Notes under the pieces: model-generated
Told to the model about the DNA's origin: nothing
The model's input: only the letters and a program-made list of their open reading frames with translations
Database searches by the model: none
Translations under genes and position numbers: made by a program
Assembly (NCBI GenBank): GCA_943787795.1
Contig: CALSNU010000005.1
Span: forward strand, 128,001-192,000
DNA: 64,000 nt
Direction of reading: 5' to 3'
Origin: an uncultured bacterium
GTDB lineage: Bacteria; Planctomycetota; UBA1135; GCA-002686595
In this document: positions 59,334 to 64,000 of the stretch, piece after piece
Layout: every line of letters starts with the position of its first letter
How positions within the stretch are numbered: position 1 is the first letter of the stretch

Positions 59334-60602
59334 ATGGAACGAATCGCTCGCCTGCTCCCTCCCGTCGCCCTGCTCCTCGCCGTCGCGGCCTGTCGGGTCG
59401 CTCCCGGCCCGGAAGTCGTACCGGAGATCGCACCTTTGGGCCCGGAGCCCCTGTCCGTTCCGGCCGTCCTCAGTGACGCCTGGGAGCTCTCCACGGTCTT
59501 CCGTGGCGACACCCGGATCAACGGCGTGGCCTGTGGAGAGCTCGACCCCTCATCGCCCGGGGACGAGATCGTCGCCGTGGATCGGCGCGGCGCCGTGCGT
59601 GCGTTCCGGCGGTCGGGCGAGGGCTTCGAGCCCATGGACTTCCGGCCCGCCGGTGGGGCCAGCATGGGGGAGCTCGTGCAGGTCATCTGCGCCGACCTCC
59701 TTCCCTCCGTGCCCGGGGACGAGATCGTCGCGGTAGGCATGTTCGAGGGTGGGGAGGACGACGGGGGCCGCGGCATCGTCCGGGTGTTCGCTCGCTTGCC
59801 CTGGGGCGATGGCGAGGGCTGGATGGGGGCCAGCCTGGTGACGCCCGGCCTCGTACACGCCGTGGCGGCGGGGGATCTCGACCCGTCGCGTCCGGGCCTG
59901 GAGGTCGTGGTCGCAGGATACTTCGGCGAGGCGCGGTTGCTCGGGGTCACGCTGACGGACCAGTGGTACGCGGTGGAGGATCTCTCGGGTGCCCATGAGC
60001 TCGGTCACGAAGGGAACGCCAAGGGGGCGTGCCTCACGGCGGGCGGGTTCGCCCTCGCCTGTGACGATGGCGGCCTCAGCGAGTTCACCCGCGGCGACGA
60101 TGGGGCCCTCTCGATCCATGGGCGACGTGACCTCGGCGCGGCCCTTGCGCGCATCGCGCCCTTCCCTGGAGACGGCGTGGTCGTGTGCGACAACGGTGGG
60201 ATGCTGCGCGTCATCGAGCGTGGCGCTGGCGGTCAACTCAACGGGGCCGTGACGGGCCTGGAGCGGGCGGACAATCGACTGCGCGGTGCCGTGGTCGCGG
60301 ACCTCGTCCCCGGGGATGAGGGCGTCGAGGTGGCCACCGCGGGCTACGACGGGGTCATCCGGGTCGTGACCCTGGAGAACGTCGAGATCCGCTCGATGGA
60401 TCACCCCAACCGGGCGGCGAGGTCGGGGCTCATGAGCTCCAAGCGCTCCGTGGCCCGTGACTCGGCCAAGCTCCACCACCTGACCACCGGGGAAATCGAC
60501 GGGCTCGGGTTGTGCCTCGTGAGCTGCGGCTACTCGGGGAGCGTGCTCGTGGTGCACCGCGTCGAGGCGCGCCGCGCTCCCATGACCTCGCAAGAGCCGT
60601 GA
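59334..60602 (+). CDS. Lipoprotein with FG-GAP-like beta-propeller repeats
   Basis: AVAAC lipobox; repeats GELDPSSPGDEIVA / ADLLPSVPGDEIVA / GDLDPSRPGLEVVV / ADLVPGDEGVEVAT. Confidence 0.8.
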   Translation: MERIARLLPPVALLLAVAACRVAPGPEVVPEIAPLGPEPLSVPAVLSDAWELSTVFRGDTRINGVACGELDPSSPGDEIVAVDRRGAVRAFRRSGEGFEPMDFRPAGGASMGELVQVICADLLPSVPGDEIVAVGMFEGGEDDGGRGIVRVFARLPWGDGEGWMGASLVTPGLVHAVAAGDLDPSRPGLEVVVAGYFGEARLLGVTLTDQWYAVEDLSGAHELGHEGNAKGACLTAGGFALACDDGGLSEFTRGDDGALSIHGRRDLGAALARIAPFPGDGVVVCDNGGMLRVIERGAGGQLNGAVTGLERADNRLRGAVVADLVPGDEGVEVATAGYDGVIRVVTLENVEIRSMDHPNRAARSGLMSSKRSVARDSAKLHHLTTGEIDGLGLCLVSCGYSGSVLVVHRVEARRAPMTSQEP

Positions 60603-62164
60603 CCGGGAGCTCGTTTCGCGGGCCCGCATCCCCGCGCCGGAACGTCTATGAGGGGCTCTCCAGCCTCGAGGTGTCGGGGGCCCACCTCACGGGCCCGCCG
60701 CTCCTCCTCGGTCACCGCGGCGCGCCGAGGGAGGCGCCGGAGAACACCCTCGCGGCGCTTCGGCGGGCGCTCGAGGCGGGCCTCGACGGGGTGGAGTACG
60801 ACGTCCGTGCGTGCGGAAGCGGCGACCTCGTGCTCTTCCACGACGCGCGGCTCGAGCGCACCACGGATCATCGCGGCGCCCTCTCGGAGCTGGACCTGCG
60901 GGACCTCTTCAGCGTGGACGCCGGCGGCTGGTTCTCGAAGCGCTTCGCCGGGGAACCGGTCCCGCTCCTCGATGAGGCGCTCGGGGTGACCGCCGAGGCG
61001 CGAGCCTCGGAGCCGCCCTTCCACATGATCGAGCTCAAGGAGGCAGGGCTGATCCCTCGGCTCACCGAGCTGCTCGCCGAGCGCCGGCCCCCGATCCCGT
61101 GCAGGGTCGCGAGCTTTCGGAGGGACGTGGTGCTCGACGCTCGAGACGCGGGTCTATCCACCATGCTGCTCGGTATCTCCGCGAACGAGGACGACCGGCG
61201 CTTCGTCAGAGACGAGCGGATCGACGCGTACTCGGTGGGCCCCCGCGGGTGGAGGGGGGAGGCCGGCGGCGCGGACTGGTCGTTCACCGAGCGCTGGGCC
61301 TGGGCGATCGACGATCCGGACGAGCTCCTCGAGCTCTGCCGGCAGCCGCTGTTCGGGCTCAACTCGAACGAGCCCCACCGTGCGCTCGCCGCCCGGGCCC
61401 TGGCGCGGATGCTCCCAGGGTCCAGCGCGCCTTACCCCGTCCGTCCCCCTGAGCTGTTCGTGGAGCCAGAGACCCTCGAGGACCGGGCCCGTGGTGAGTG
61501 GTTCGGGGACTGGACCAGCGCCGTGACCGTGGCGAACCCCTTCCCCTTTCCCGTGGAGGCGCGCGCGTCGGCGTTTGTGCCGCACGGGGCCTTCGAGATC
61601 GAGGGGCTCCCTCGGGTGCTGGAGCTCGAGGCGGAGGAGGAGCGATCGGTGGAGTTCCGTATCCGCGGTGGCGCCCGAGTGCCGGGCCCGGACCCGCTCA
61701 TCGGCGTCCTCTACAGCTGGCGGGGAGGCCTCGCCGTGGACGGAGAGATCCGGCCTGGGGGGAGCCTGCTCATTGACGCGCCCCTGACCCGGCGGCGCGC
61801 GGCCACGGCCGATGGCCTCGCCAGGCGGCTGGAGCTGCTCGCTGAGCGGCCCGGAGATCCCCCCGCTTCGATCACCGCTCGCAGAGCAGGCAAGGACATC
61901 GTCCTCAGCATCGAGAACCCCGGCGGCCTCACGGACGCCCATCTCGTGGCGCGCCTCGGGCTCGAGGTGGTCCGGGGCGGGCGGGGCCTCCGCTTGCGGC
62001 TGCCCGAGCGCTTCGACGACGTCCCCCTCGGCGTCGAGTTCTCTTGCGGCATCGAGGGGCTCAGCCCTGACGGCGAGCGTCGCCTGCGACGCTGGTCGGG
62101 TGGGCTCCCCGCAGGGCTCGGGCACGGCGCCCCTGGGCTCCTCATCCCCCTCGCCAGGGGCTAG
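60599..62164 (+). CDS. Glycerophosphodiester phosphodiesterase domain protein with uncharacterised C-terminal half
   Basis: GTG overlapping the upstream stop; GHRG..PENT, GVEYDV, FHD..L.RTT, IELK. Confidence 0.85.
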   Translation: MTGSSFRGPASPRRNVYEGLSSLEVSGAHLTGPPLLLGHRGAPREAPENTLAALRRALEAGLDGVEYDVRACGSGDLVLFHDARLERTTDHRGALSELDLRDLFSVDAGGWFSKRFAGEPVPLLDEALGVTAEARASEPPFHMIELKEAGLIPRLTELLAERRPPIPCRVASFRRDVVLDARDAGLSTMLLGISANEDDRRFVRDERIDAYSVGPRGWRGEAGGADWSFTERWAWAIDDPDELLELCRQPLFGLNSNEPHRALAARALARMLPGSSAPYPVRPPELFVEPETLEDRARGEWFGDWTSAVTVANPFPFPVEARASAFVPHGAFEIEGLPRVLELEAEEERSVEFRIRGGARVPGPDPLIGVLYSWRGGLAVDGEIRPGGSLLIDAPLTRRRAATADGLARRLELLAERPGDPPASITARRAGKDIVLSIENPGGLTDAHLVARLGLEVVRGGRGLRLRLPERFDDVPLGVEFSCGIEGLSPDGERRLRRWSGGLPAGLGHGAPGLLIPLARG

Positions 62165-62383
62165 GCGGCCCCGCCGCTCGTCCCGGGCTGAGGCGCGAGG
62201 GGAGTCCATGTGCCTCGCTTCGGCGCATCAAGCCCTGGCAGCGCAGCAGAGCCGGTCTTCTGCTCCTCTTCCCGCGGGGGGCCGGTCGATGTTCGTCTCC
62301 GCACCCACGCGCTTCGGCGGGTGGTGGCGCCTGGTCGGGAGGAGACCTGACCTGCCAGCAGGATCCAGTGAGAGGGCGAAGAG

Positions 62384-62677
62384 ATGAATGAGAGTCAGCG
62401 AGCCATGCACCGGCTCATCGAGGAGGTGGTCTCCCTGTCGGAGGGGACCCGGTTCCTCGCGCGGAGCGAGGACTACCGTGCCGAAGCCCTGAGGGTCGTC
62501 CGCGGGTACGCCGGGGCCGTCCTTCAGGCGGTGGATCGCCTCGGAGGCGCGATGGACGCCGGGAGCGAGGAGGCCCTTGACCGCCCGCGTGAGAGCGCAG
62601 AGGTCGTGATCAGCGGCGGACCCGCCGCACCGGTGGGGGCCCCGGTGGACGGCCTGGGCGACCTCTTTGCAGAGTAG
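62384..62677 (+). CDS. Small hypothetical protein
   Basis: Purine-rich SD-like sequence upstream, plausible codon usage, helical composition. Confidence 0.6.
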   Translation: MNESQRAMHRLIEEVVSLSEGTRFLARSEDYRAEALRVVRGYAGAVLQAVDRLGGAMDAGSEEALDRPRESAEVVISGGPAAPVGAPVDGLGDLFAE

Positions 62678-62681
62678 CGCT

Positions 62682-62732
62682 GCGGGGGCGTCTCTGCGGC
62701 GGGGGGCGTCTCTGCGGCGGGGGGCGTCTCTG
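62682..62732. repeat. Tandem 17-18-bp repeat (GCG5-6CGTCTCTGCG), 3 copies
   Basis: Read directly between convergent genes. Confidence 0.85.
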
Positions 62733-62759
62733 GCGAGCCGCCTCCCCTGACGCGCGAGG

Positions 62760-64000
<1,241 letters not shown>

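Overview
High-GC bacterial chromosomal window, densely coding, with no recognisable mobile element, CRISPR array, rRNA or tRNA. Gene content (DUF1549/DUF1553 + DUF1501, sulfatases, FG-GAP/ASPIC-UnbV protein, a dcw cluster that stops before ftsQAZ) points to a Planctomycetota genome (inference). It contains: a cell-wall/division cluster (rsmH'-ftsL-ftsI-murE-murF-mraY-ftsW-LysM protein-small ORF-murG-[two inverted genes]-murC-murB; no murD, ddl, ftsQ, ftsA or ftsZ in the window); thrS; a HEAT-repeat/zinc-peptidase/ATP-grasp gene string; a TPP riboswitch with thiC; an LplT-Aas fusion; many secreted or lipoprotein genes; recJ; and selA plus a UGA-containing (selenocysteine) selD. The main observation is that the HEAT-repeat ORF extends in frame upstream through two adjacent TGA codons (22650-22645, minus strand) to a Shine-Dalgarno-preceded signal peptide. 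The TGA TGA is followed by a perfect 8-bp hairpin whose GGUG apex matches the SECIS of selD, suggesting an exported selenoprotein with vicinal Sec-Sec at its mature N-terminus. A third hairpin of the same type follows the selA stop codon. All calls are by eye; no database searches were run.
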